Of a DNA stretch of 32,000 nt, positions 17,867-26,012 are shown piece by piece. Below the pieces are notes generated by a model. It saw nothing but the letters and a program-made list of their open reading frames with translations. It did no database searches and was not told the origin of the DNA. The stretch lies in NCBI GenBank assembly GCA_963718045.1, contig OY970350.1, positions 390,001 through 422,000 of the forward strand, in the 5' to 3' direction. The position numbers and the translations under genes are program-made. The stretch is from Candidatus Saccharimonadota bacterium. GTDB lineage: Bacteria; Patescibacteriota; Saccharimonadia; Saccharimonadales; UBA4665. Positions within the stretch are counted from its first letter, which is position 1, and each line of letters starts with the position of its first letter.

Positions 17867-19114
17867 CTAATTTGTCTCGAGTAAAGCGGAGTCCTTAAAG
17901 GCTTTGCCTTTTCTAATTATAGTCCGGCCGGAGTTGAAGTCTTTGTCAGATAAATTATCCCCATTAAATACTTGACCGTTAACATAGATGGCGTTAGCTG
18001 CAATAAATTCTCGGGCTTCACGGTTAGAACTAGCCAGGCCGGAACTAACCAGAACGTCAACTACGCTAGCATTTACGCTGACTTTTTGAGATGGTATCTC
18101 GATTCTTATGGCGGCCAGCTCTTCTTCACTGGCCTCAGATAAGTTTTTCTCATTTATTAAGTAGGCGGTGATAGCCTTGGCTTTATTGGTTTGTTCTTCG
18201 CCGTGAACCAGCTTAGTTACTTCACTAGCTAAGCTTTTTTGAGCTAAACGCTTCTTTGGGTCTTTGGTGTGTTCGGCCATTAAGCTCTCAATTTCATCTT
18301 TAGATAGAAGAGTGTAGATTTTTAAGAAATCCTCGACACTCTCGTCTGAGGCATTAATCCAAAACTGGTAAAAGGCGGTCGGTGTGGTCTTTTTCGGATC
18401 AAGCCAAATGGCGCCAGCTTCAGTTTTACCAAACTTATTACCCGTTGCTCTGTCTATAACAAGCGGCGAGGTCCAAACATTGGCTTCTTTTGATTCCATT
18501 CGGCGGATTAGGTCGACTCCGGCAATGCTGTTGCCCCACTGGTCGCTGCCGGCTAGCTGCAGAGTGACGCCGTGATCTTTAAACAGTCTCAGGAAGTCAT
18601 AACCCTGGATTAAACAGTAGCTGAACTCAGCATAAGACAGACCACTGCCTTCATTGCTAAGACGGCTAGTAACAAACTCGCGTCCCAGCATTTGGCTCAT
18701 TGGCACGTTTTTACCTATCTCTCTTAAGAAAGTTAGATAACTTAGGTCTTTAAACCAATCGTAGTTATCGACAATTTCAAACTTCTGGCCGTTAAATATC
18801 TGCTGGTACTGGCTAGTTATGGTCTGTTTGTTGGAATTAAGCTGTTCAATGCTTAAAAGAGTTCGTTCAGCTGCTTTACCATCAGGATCGCCAATTAAAC
18901 CGGTAGCGCCGCCGACTAATAAATATGCCTTGTGGCCGCTTTTCATAAAACGCAGAACCATCATGGCAGTGGCTAGGTTGCCAATGGTCATGGAATCTGA
19001 ACTAGGATCAACACCCCAGTAAAAGGATAGGCTGCCGCTATCAATAAGCTTAATGTCTTTAAGGGTTGTTTTCTCTAATAAGCCTCGCCAGCTTAGTTCT
19101 TCAGACAGTGTCAT
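17867..19114 (-). CDS. tyrS: tyrosine--tRNA ligase (bacterial type with C-terminal S4-like domain)
   Basis: 415 aa, collinear with my recollection of Geobacillus stearothermophilus TyrRS (LVGGATGLIGDP, GSDQWGN, KFGKTE as the KMSKS equivalent, FYQFWIN, C-terminal S4 domain). The HIGH motif reads TIGN (see findings). Confidence 0.93.
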   Translation of the reverse strand: MTLSEELSWRGLLEKTTLKDIKLIDSGSLSFYWGVDPSSDSMTIGNLATAMMVLRFMKSGHKAYLLVGGATGLIGDPDGKAAERTLLSIEQLNSNKQTITSQYQQIFNGQKFEIVDNYDWFKDLSYLTFLREIGKNVPMSQMLGREFVTSRLSNEGSGLSYAEFSYCLIQGYDFLRLFKDHGVTLQLAGSDQWGNSIAGVDLIRRMESKEANVWTSPLVIDRATGNKFGKTEAGAIWLDPKKTTPTAFYQFWINASDESVEDFLKIYTLLSKDEIESLMAEHTKDPKKRLAQKSLASEVTKLVHGEEQTNKAKAITAYLINEKNLSEASEEELAAIRIEIPSQKVSVNASVVDVLVSSGLASSNREAREFIAANAIYVNGQVFNGDNLSDKDFNSGRTIIRKGKAFKDSALLETN

Positions 19115-19121
19115 ACTAAAG

Positions 19122-19127
19122 ATTATA
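19122..19127 (-). promoter_or_regulatory. -10 box (TATAAT) 7 nt upstream of the tyrS ATG, predicting a leaderless transcript
   Basis: The minus strand reads TATAAT-ctttagt-ATG, with no Shine-Dalgarno and no room for a T-box leader. Confidence 0.4.
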
Positions 19128-19265
19128 CATATTATCTAAAACTAATCTTAAATATTTACTGAAGGATTGCTGAAATAATAAAGTACTTTTCATACTTTTA
19201 CTCCACTTATGTTTGCTATAATACGAGGTAGAATTTTCACTCGGAGGGCTTAAAAAATTTAACCC

Positions 19266-22200
19266 ATGGCTAAAAACACAGGCCGCAACAGAAGTGGCAG
19301 ACAAACATATACCACAAAAAGCGGTAAATCTATAAAATTAAACCAGTCTTTAGGTGACCGTAAAAAAGCTAAAAAGGCTGAAAGAGCAGCCGAGCGGGCC
19401 CTTTATTTATCCACACTGCCTAAAAATAAGTATAAGAGACTTTTAGCCAGGCTAGATCCTAAGCACCTCTATCATTACTGGTTTAGCCGTCAGGGCGCCA
19501 TTATGGGCCTGAAAATAATAGGTGTTGCCATTGTCTGCGGTTTTATTTTAACGATCGGACTGTTCGCTTATTTTAGAAAAGATTTGCCTCAGCTTAAAGA
19601 TATATCAGGCAATAACTTAGGCGGCAGTGTTTCTTATTACGACAGCACCGGTAAGGTCCTGCTTTTCCAGGATTATAACGGCGTAAAGCGTGTTCCGGTT
19701 CAAAGTAACCAGATATCGCCATACATGAAGGATGCAACCGTTGCCATTGAGGACAAGAACTTTTACAAAGAAGGCGCATTTGACATTAGATCAATCTTAA
19801 GAGCTGGTTTTAATGACTTAACTGGCGGCAGTTTACAGGGAGCCTCGACCATTACCGAACAGCTGGTTAAATTAAATGAAAACTGGACCGGATCTAGAAC
19901 AATCGCCACCAAAATAAAAGAGGTAATACTGGCCATTGAAGTTGACCGAGAGTACACGAAGAGTCAGATACTGACCGGATACCTTAACATTGCCCCTTAC
20001 GGCGGTGTAGATTACGGCGTGCAGGCTGCTGCTGAAGATTACTTTAGAACCAGCGCAGCCAACCTGACATTGCCCCAGGCAGCTATGCTGGCCGCCATAC
20101 CCCAGGCACCAAGCTATTTATCTCCTTACGGCTCAACTGTGTGGAACCCGGCAGCTGGAAACACTTTTAGCGTGAGTGCTTTAACCGACAGAGCGCACTA
20201 TATTCTTCAGCAGATGGCTGACCAGCATTACATAACTGAAGCCCAGGCTCAAGCAGCTGAGAATGTTAATGTTTTAGCCGAGGTTCAGCCGGAGCAGGCC
20301 AAATATACCAATATCCAGGATCCCTATTTTGTTCTGGCTGCCAAACAACAGTTAGAGAATGAGTTTGGTAGTTCATACGTTAACCGCGGTGGTTTGAAGG
20401 TAATAACAACTTTAAATGTTAACTTGCAAAACTACGCCGAACAAGATGTTTTAAACAACGAAAGGAACGTCGCAGAAGTTGGCGGCGATGAAGAGGCTAT
20501 GGTGGCTGAAAACGTTCATACAGGGCAGGTTGTAGCTCTTGTTGGCGGCGAAGACTTTTCCAATCCTGAATACGGCCAGATAAACTACGCCAATATCCGT
20601 TTATCACCAGGTTCAAGCATGAAGCCGTTTTTATATGCCGCTTTAATGCAGAATAACACTGATGTTGGTGCCGGATCAGTCCTTTACGATAGCCAGCAGC
20701 CATTACCGGGTTATCCTTGTACGGATAAAACTCAGCCGACTCTGACCTCTAACGGCGGTAACTGTCTTTGGGATGATAATTACGTTTATCCGGGTCCGGA
20801 GACTATTAGGTATGCCTTAGCTGGGTCACGTAACGTGCCGGCAGTTAAAGCTTCCTACGAGGTCGATCCGACAGATACCGACGCTGACTTATTTACCAAG
20901 TCTGTTAACGCCTGGATTGACATGGCTGACGAGGCAACCGGTTACAGTGGAGCTTATGCCTGTTATCAACAAGGTGTTAACGTAGCAACTGCTCCAACAT
21001 CAGATCAGACTCAATGTTATGGTTCAGCTGCTATTGGCGGTGGTGATATTGCCCTAGATCAAGAAGTTAGCGGCGACACCACCCTGGCAAACATGGGTCA
21101 ACAAATACCTCAAACGTATATTCTTCAAATTACCGACTCTTCCGGCCAAACTGTCTACCAGTGGAAACAGCCAAAACCCAAGCAAGTCTATAACCCTGAG
21201 GTCGCCTATATCATCAACAATATTCTGGATGATCCAAGAGCAACCTACCTGCCAGCCGGCCAAAAATTCCAAAATTACGATGGTTGGGACATAGCTGTTA
21301 AAACCGGTACCGAAAACCAAGAATATAACGGTGTGATGACCGCTTGGAGCACTCAATACGCAGTAGTCGGCTTTGCCGGCTACCACACTCTGGATAAGCA
21401 ATTGACACCAGGTCTTTTTGAATATATAACCGAGCCTATTACTAAAACGTGGATGCAGCAGGCTCTTTCTGCCTTAAATATGAAGCCGGTCAACTGGACA
21501 GAGCCGGCCGGAATTAAAACCCAACCAAGCTATGTTCAGCAGGCCTTTTCAGATTATGGAGCAGAATTCCCGGGTCCCAGCACTGATCTATATCCATCAT
21601 GGTATAAGGGTGAAAACAGCGGCTCGCCGGCAGAAACCATCGACAAAGTATCCGGCTATCTGGCAACCAGCTGTACGCCATCTCTTGCCAGTGAGACTGT
21701 CGGCGGCGGCTACAATGCCTCTTTCTCTATCGATATCTTTTATCCAAAACAAGTTCCGGATATGGCCGCACTGGAGGGCGGTTCAACCTCAACGTCGTCG
21801 ACAACCCAAACGGACGATGTCCATAACTGCAACGACACTCCTCCCTCGGTAAATGTTACAGCTACAAATGCAGCCGGGAGTAATGCAGTGGGCGTTTGTG
21901 ACGGTTCGTGTGTAATCACTGTTGCTGCGACCGCTGGAACACATCCTCTCTCGGGCGGCAGTTACACTACCGCTCCAGCCGGAACCGTGGCTATCAGTCT
22001 AAATGGCAATAATATCTGTACCTTAACTATCCCGAATGATCCGACTGATAGTCAGGACTATAACGGAACCTGCAACTATCAGCCCACGTCAAGTGGAACC
22101 GGCACCATCACAGCAACTGTTGTCGACAGTGTCCTTTATTCATCGACCGGCACAACCGCTATAACTTATGCCCCGGCTTTAACTAACCCGACAATCAGCA

Positions 22201-22409
22201 CGTCAGGAGGTGCAAACAGCAAAACGACCATTAGTTGGAGCGGCGGCATGGGTCCTTACAGCGTTACGCTAAGTAACGGGAGCGCTATTCTAAACTCAGA
22301 TTGCACTAGTGTGAGTAGCGGTACTTCATGCACCGCGCCTACAGCAAATGCTCCTGAAACAGGCACTTACATCGTTACCGATAGCGAGGGCGAAACAAGT
22401 ACTAATTAA
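19266..22409 (+). CDS. bifunctional class A penicillin-binding protein (glycosyltransferase GT51 + transpeptidase) with C-terminal Cys-containing Ser/Thr/Gly-rich repeat domains
   Basis: 1047 aa. Basic cytoplasmic tail plus one TM helix. GT51 motifs (AIEDKNFYKEGAFD, GASTITEQL). Transpeptidase motifs SSMK (SxxK), SRN and KTGT. The last ~215 aa are low-complexity beta-rich modules. A TGcTATAAT extended -10 lies at 19214..19222. Confidence 0.92.
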   Translation: MAKNTGRNRSGRQTYTTKSGKSIKLNQSLGDRKKAKKAERAAERALYLSTLPKNKYKRLLARLDPKHLYHYWFSRQGAIMGLKIIGVAIVCGFILTIGLFAYFRKDLPQLKDISGNNLGGSVSYYDSTGKVLLFQDYNGVKRVPVQSNQISPYMKDATVAIEDKNFYKEGAFDIRSILRAGFNDLTGGSLQGASTITEQLVKLNENWTGSRTIATKIKEVILAIEVDREYTKSQILTGYLNIAPYGGVDYGVQAAAEDYFRTSAANLTLPQAAMLAAIPQAPSYLSPYGSTVWNPAAGNTFSVSALTDRAHYILQQMADQHYITEAQAQAAENVNVLAEVQPEQAKYTNIQDPYFVLAAKQQLENEFGSSYVNRGGLKVITTLNVNLQNYAEQDVLNNERNVAEVGGDEEAMVAENVHTGQVVALVGGEDFSNPEYGQINYANIRLSPGSSMKPFLYAALMQNNTDVGAGSVLYDSQQPLPGYPCTDKTQPTLTSNGGNCLWDDNYVYPGPETIRYALAGSRNVPAVKASYEVDPTDTDADLFTKSVNAWIDMADEATGYSGAYACYQQGVNVATAPTSDQTQCYGSAAIGGGDIALDQEVSGDTTLANMGQQIPQTYILQITDSSGQTVYQWKQPKPKQVYNPEVAYIINNILDDPRATYLPAGQKFQNYDGWDIAVKTGTENQEYNGVMTAWSTQYAVVGFAGYHTLDKQLTPGLFEYITEPITKTWMQQALSALNMKPVNWTEPAGIKTQPSYVQQAFSDYGAEFPGPSTDLYPSWYKGENSGSPAETIDKVSGYLATSCTPSLASETVGGGYNASFSIDIFYPKQVPDMAALEGGSTSTSSTTQTDDVHNCNDTPPSVNVTATNAAGSNAVGVCDGSCVITVAATAGTHPLSGGSYTTAPAGTVAISLNGNNICTLTIPNDPTDSQDYNGTCNYQPTSSGTGTITATVVDSVLYSSTGTTAITYAPALTNPTISTSGGANSKTTISWSGGMGPYSVTLSNGSAILNSDCTSVSSGTSCTAPTANAPETGTYIVTDSEGETSTN

Positions 22410-23386
22410 TTAGCGAGTGGCTGCTCTGGCGTAGTTAAGGCTTGATATAGCTGGTTAACTTCAAAAGCTATAGCATTCCGTTGAGCAACTATGGCGTTGT
22501 ATTGGTTTATTTGGGTTTTCAGCGTTTCAACCAGGCTGTTATACTGATCAACATTTTGGTTATATATTTCAACGTTTTGGTTATATAGATCAATTTGGCC
22601 GGAAGATTTTTCATCATTCATGTTAGTTTGTAGGTTGTTTATAGATATTAAATTGATTTTAAGAGTCTGCTCATCAGAATTAATTAGAGTGTTTATACTA
22701 GCCAGTTGTTGGTCATATTGACTAATTTGGTCCTGCCTTGAAAGAAAAGCATTCTCATAGCTGTTATACAGACTGACTAGTACTTGTCTATTCTTAAAGT
22801 ATTTAGCATAAAAACTGTTAAGACTGGGGGTTAGGTTTTGGACTTCAGTACCAAATAACGATGTCATCTCATTGAGAACATCGGTCGGTTCAGTCTTTTT
22901 AAAATTGGCAATTTGTTGCTCTATTACCGGGTTATTTAAATTATGGTGCTCAAAATTAAGAAGCTCACTGTTAAGCTGTGTCTGCTCTGAGCTACCTAGC
23001 CTCTGATAAATAGCATGAAGCGTTTCATAGGCGGCTGTTACCTGCTCGATGCCTGACAGAGTGGGATTATTAACGGAAAGAATAAATATGCCGTTTTGGC
23101 CTGAGTGATAACAGCCTAATACAACATCTTGTTCTGAACTGTTTGGGCAATATTTAGCAAACACCTGGTTAGAATCGATCTGAGGCCTATTAACATAAAA
23201 GACTCGTTTGGTGATTGGGAGCATTTCATCTTCGTTGGCTATAGAAGCTATTGCCTGAGGTGGTTTATAGTTACGCAGGGAAAACCAGTCGGATATATAC
23301 TGCCTCTCAGATAGAATGCCAAAAAAGCAGTCAGCTAAAGCCGCAATTACCAAAGCAACAATAAGACCCTTTTGGATTTTAGACAT
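22406..23386 (-). CDS. hypothetical N-terminally membrane-anchored protein with Gln/Asn-rich coiled-coil C-terminal half
   Basis: I start it at ATG 23386 (MSKIQKGLIVALVIAALADCFFG, a signal anchor). The TTG at 23425 in the ORF track would overlap clpC by 17 nt. Lies 22 nt downstream of clpC on the same strand. Its stop overlaps the PBP1A stop convergently. Confidence 0.6.
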   Translation of the reverse strand: MSKIQKGLIVALVIAALADCFFGILSERQYISDWFSLRNYKPPQAIASIANEDEMLPITKRVFYVNRPQIDSNQVFAKYCPNSSEQDVVLGCYHSGQNGIFILSVNNPTLSGIEQVTAAYETLHAIYQRLGSSEQTQLNSELLNFEHHNLNNPVIEQQIANFKKTEPTDVLNEMTSLFGTEVQNLTPSLNSFYAKYFKNRQVLVSLYNSYENAFLSRQDQISQYDQQLASINTLINSDEQTLKINLISINNLQTNMNDEKSSGQIDLYNQNVEIYNQNVDQYNSLVETLKTQINQYNAIVAQRNAIAFEVNQLYQALTTPEQPLAN

Positions 23387-23408
23387 CGCTAGATTAACGT
23401 TAGTATAT

Positions 23409-25889
23409 CTAGACGGTTTCAGCAAGCTGCTTGAAGGTCAGCTGGCCGTTTTTGGCGCCGATACTAATAATGTCACCGCGGTCATATGAGTCTCTAAGTA
23501 AGTCAGAAGCCATATGGTCCTCAATTGTGTCCTGAATCAGTCTTCTGAGCGGTCTGACGCCGTTTTTAGAGTCATAGCCGTTATCCAGCAGGTATTTGTG
23601 GGCTGAACTAGAAAGCTCAACGCTGATGCCCTTCTTGACCAGTCTGACCTTCAGTTCTTCTATTTGAAGATCGATAATCTTATATATATCTGCTCTTGTT
23701 AAGGCCCTAAAGACAATTACCTTGTCTATACGGTTTAGAAGTTCCGGCCGGAGTAACTTTTTAAGCTCTGATGTTACTTTGTCCTTATTCTCCTCGTGGA
23801 CTTGTTCTAGTGAATGTAAGTCTTTTGGATCTGTTGCATTAAAGCCGAGATGGGCTTCTTTTTGCAGTTTGTCGGCGCCGATGTTTGAGGTCATAATAAC
23901 GATGGTGTTAGTGAAGTCGATACTTCTGCCCTTGGCATCTGTTAAATGGCCATCTTCAAGAATTTGCAGCAACATATTGAAGACATCCGGATGGGCTTTC
24001 TCAATTTCATCAAACAGCACTAATGAATACGGCTGATGTCTAATCTTATCCGTTAACTGGCCGCCTTCTTCATAGCCGACATAGCCGGCAGGAGCGCCAA
24101 TTAACCGGCTAACATTGAAGTGTTCGCCAAACTCGCTCATATCTATTTTGACTAGGGCCGATTCAGAACCAAAGAATTCCCGGGCAAGAACCCGAGCTAA
24201 TTCGGTTTTACCGACACCGGTTGGACCGAGGAAAACGAATGAACCAATTGGTCTCTTCTCACTGCCTATGCCTGAGCGGTTTCTTCTTATAGCTCTCGAT
24301 ACGGCGTCAATAGCTTCACTCTGGCCGATTAACTTTTTACTTATGATCTTTTCCAGCTGGAGCAGATACTTAGCTTCGCTCTTAATTACTCTCTTGACTG
24401 GAACGCCGCTTATTCGGGAGACAACGTCAGCCAGATCATCGCTCGTAACTGTTAATTTCTTTGCACCACTGGTACTATTTTGAAGTTTTTTAAGTTCATT
24501 TGTGATCTGAGACAACCTGGTCTTATATTGGGCTGCGACTTCGTATTCTTCATTGTCGACAGCATCTTCAATCTTAACGTTAAGCATCTGCAGCTCTTTT
24601 TGGAGCTTGCGTATTTCTGGGCTGTTTCTAGAATTTGACACTTTGATATAGGCTGAGGTCTCATCAATTAGATCGATAGCTTTGTCGGGCATGTATCTGT
24701 CAGCTACGTACCTCTTGGCCAGGCCGACGGCGTCTTCAATAACGTCATCGCTGATATTAACGCCGTGAAAGTCTTCATAGTGCCTTCTTAGGCCTTTAAG
24801 GATGGCGATGGTCTCGTTTAGGGTTGTTTCCGGCACTTGGATAGGCTGGAAACGTCTTTCCAGAGCGGCATCTTTTTCTATATGCTTTGTGTAATCGGCT
24901 GTGGTTGTGGCGCCAATTATCTGCATCTTACTGCGGGCTAGGGCCGGTTTTAGTATATTGCTGGCATCCATCGCTCCTTCAGCGGCTCCGGCTCCTATTA
25001 TTAAGTGCAGCTCGTCAATAAAGGCGATTACATTATTGTCTGTTTCAAGTTCGGAGATAACCTTATTTAAGCGCTCTTCAAATTCGCCGCGGTATTTTGT
25101 GCCGGCTACCATAGCAGCTAAGTCAATTGTTATAATCCGTTTATCCAGCAGGCTGTCTGGAACTTCCTCGTTAACTATTTTCTGAGCAAGTCCTTCAACT
25201 ATAGCCGTCTTGCCAACACCTGGTTCGCCTATTAATACCGGGTTATTTTTAGTGCGTCTGTTTAATATGGTAATGAGCCGCTTTGTTTGTGATTCACGGC
25301 CAACAAGGGGGTCAAGTTTTTTGGCTCTCGCAAGTGCTGTCAGGTCTGTCCCAAAAAACTCGACTGAGCTGTTTTTATTCTTTGAACGGCGCCTTGGGTC
25401 ACCAACCAGGCTTTCGGAATACTGCTGCTTGTCTAAAATACGACCGACGTCATTAAGCAGCAAGTCGACGTCAACATTCATGTCCCTAAGCAGTAAGGTT
25501 GCCCTAGCGTTCTTTTGGCTTAATATACTGTATAAAATATGCTCTGTGCCGCAGTGCTCCTGGCTGAATTCCTGGGCTATGTCATAAGCTGTTCTAAGTG
25601 TTAGTTTAGCTGTTTCGCTTAATCCCTTAGCGCCCATTTGGATAACTAGTGCTTTAGGTGTTAGGTTTAATGCCAGTCTTGCCCTGTCGAGTGTAACACC
25701 GGCATCATTTAGTATTTTTGAGCCCATTGAGCCGTTTTGGGCTAACACTCCGAGAAGCAAGTGCTCGGTACCGATATAGGCACTGCCAAAGCCACGGGCT
25801 ATTAAATCTGCCTGCCTTAAGCTCTGTTTAGCATTGCCAGTCAGATGAGATATAAATTCTTGGAAATCTGGATTGCTGTCTGGTAACAT
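23409..25889 (-). CDS. clpC: ATP-dependent Clp protease ATP-binding subunit ClpC (class I AAA+)
   Basis: 826 aa with two Clp_N repeats. D1 has Walker A GEPGVGKT and Walker B FIDELH. A short M-domain carries a UVR-like segment ([16 protein letters not shown]). D2 has Walker A GPTGVGKT and Walker [10 protein letters not shown] ClpP-docking-type LGF tripeptide is present. AGGGG Shine-Dalgarno 5 nt upstream of the ATG. Confidence 0.9.
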   Translation of the reverse strand: MLPDSNPDFQEFISHLTGNAKQSLRQADLIARGFGSAYIGTEHLLLGVLAQNGSMGSKILNDAGVTLDRARLALNLTPKALVIQMGAKGLSETAKLTLRTAYDIAQEFSQEHCGTEHILYSILSQKNARATLLLRDMNVDVDLLLNDVGRILDKQQYSESLVGDPRRRSKNKNSSVEFFGTDLTALARAKKLDPLVGRESQTKRLITILNRRTKNNPVLIGEPGVGKTAIVEGLAQKIVNEEVPDSLLDKRIITIDLAAMVAGTKYRGEFEERLNKVISELETDNNVIAFIDELHLIIGAGAAEGAMDASNILKPALARSKMQIIGATTTADYTKHIEKDAALERRFQPIQVPETTLNETIAILKGLRRHYEDFHGVNISDDVIEDAVGLAKRYVADRYMPDKAIDLIDETSAYIKVSNSRNSPEIRKLQKELQMLNVKIEDAVDNEEYEVAAQYKTRLSQITNELKKLQNSTSGAKKLTVTSDDLADVVSRISGVPVKRVIKSEAKYLLQLEKIISKKLIGQSEAIDAVSRAIRRNRSGIGSEKRPIGSFVFLGPTGVGKTELARVLAREFFGSESALVKIDMSEFGEHFNVSRLIGAPAGYVGYEEGGQLTDKIRHQPYSLVLFDEIEKAHPDVFNMLLQILEDGHLTDAKGRSIDFTNTIVIMTSNIGADKLQKEAHLGFNATDPKDLHSLEQVHEENKDKVTSELKKLLRPELLNRIDKVIVFRALTRADIYKIIDLQIEELKVRLVKKGISVELSSSAHKYLLDNGYDSKNGVRPLRRLIQDTIEDHMASDLLRDSYDRGDIISIGAKNGQLTFKQLAETV

Positions 25890-25956
25890 TCTAACCCCTA
25901 TTATATGTTATTTAGATCTTACTTATTGTTAGAATTTTGGTATAGATCCTGGTTAA

Positions 25957-25986
25957 ATAATAGACCAACTAGCACTCGCGAGTCAA
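25957..25986 (-). promoter_or_regulatory. putative clpC promoter overlapping CIRCE
   Basis: The minus strand reads TTGACT (25981..25986, inside the CIRCE spacer), an 18-nt spacer, then TATTAT (25957..25962), about 70 nt upstream of the clpC ATG. Confidence 0.4.
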
Positions 25987-25995
25987 GAGTGCTAA
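25969..25995. promoter_or_regulatory. CIRCE (HrcA operator) inverted repeat upstream of clpC
   Basis: CTAGCACTC-GCGAGTCAA-GAGTGCTAA. The arms are identical to the copy at 12452..12478 and the spacer differs at 1 of 9 positions. Located between the nusA stop and the clpC start. Confidence 0.8.
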
Positions 25996-26012
25996 TTATA
26001 TTTAAGGTTAGT

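Noticed and set aside
19115-19265. T-box riboswitch upstream of tyrS
   Set aside because: The intergenic region is only about 150 bp and is shared with the divergent PBP1A promoter. A TATAAT sits 7 nt from the ATG, and no T-box or specifier-loop-like conserved sequence is visible.
19116-19304. 62-aa minus-strand ORF in the tyrS/PBP1A divergent promoter region
   Set aside because: It overlaps the PBP1A start and both promoter -10 boxes. AT-rich chance ORF with no Shine-Dalgarno and no recognisable features.
23387-23425. Upstream TTG start for orf326/339 overlapping the last 17 nt of clpC
   Set aside because: TTG with no Shine-Dalgarno. The ATG at 23386 yields a clean Lys-rich N-terminus followed by a TM anchor. 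The extension adds only 13 non-descript residues.
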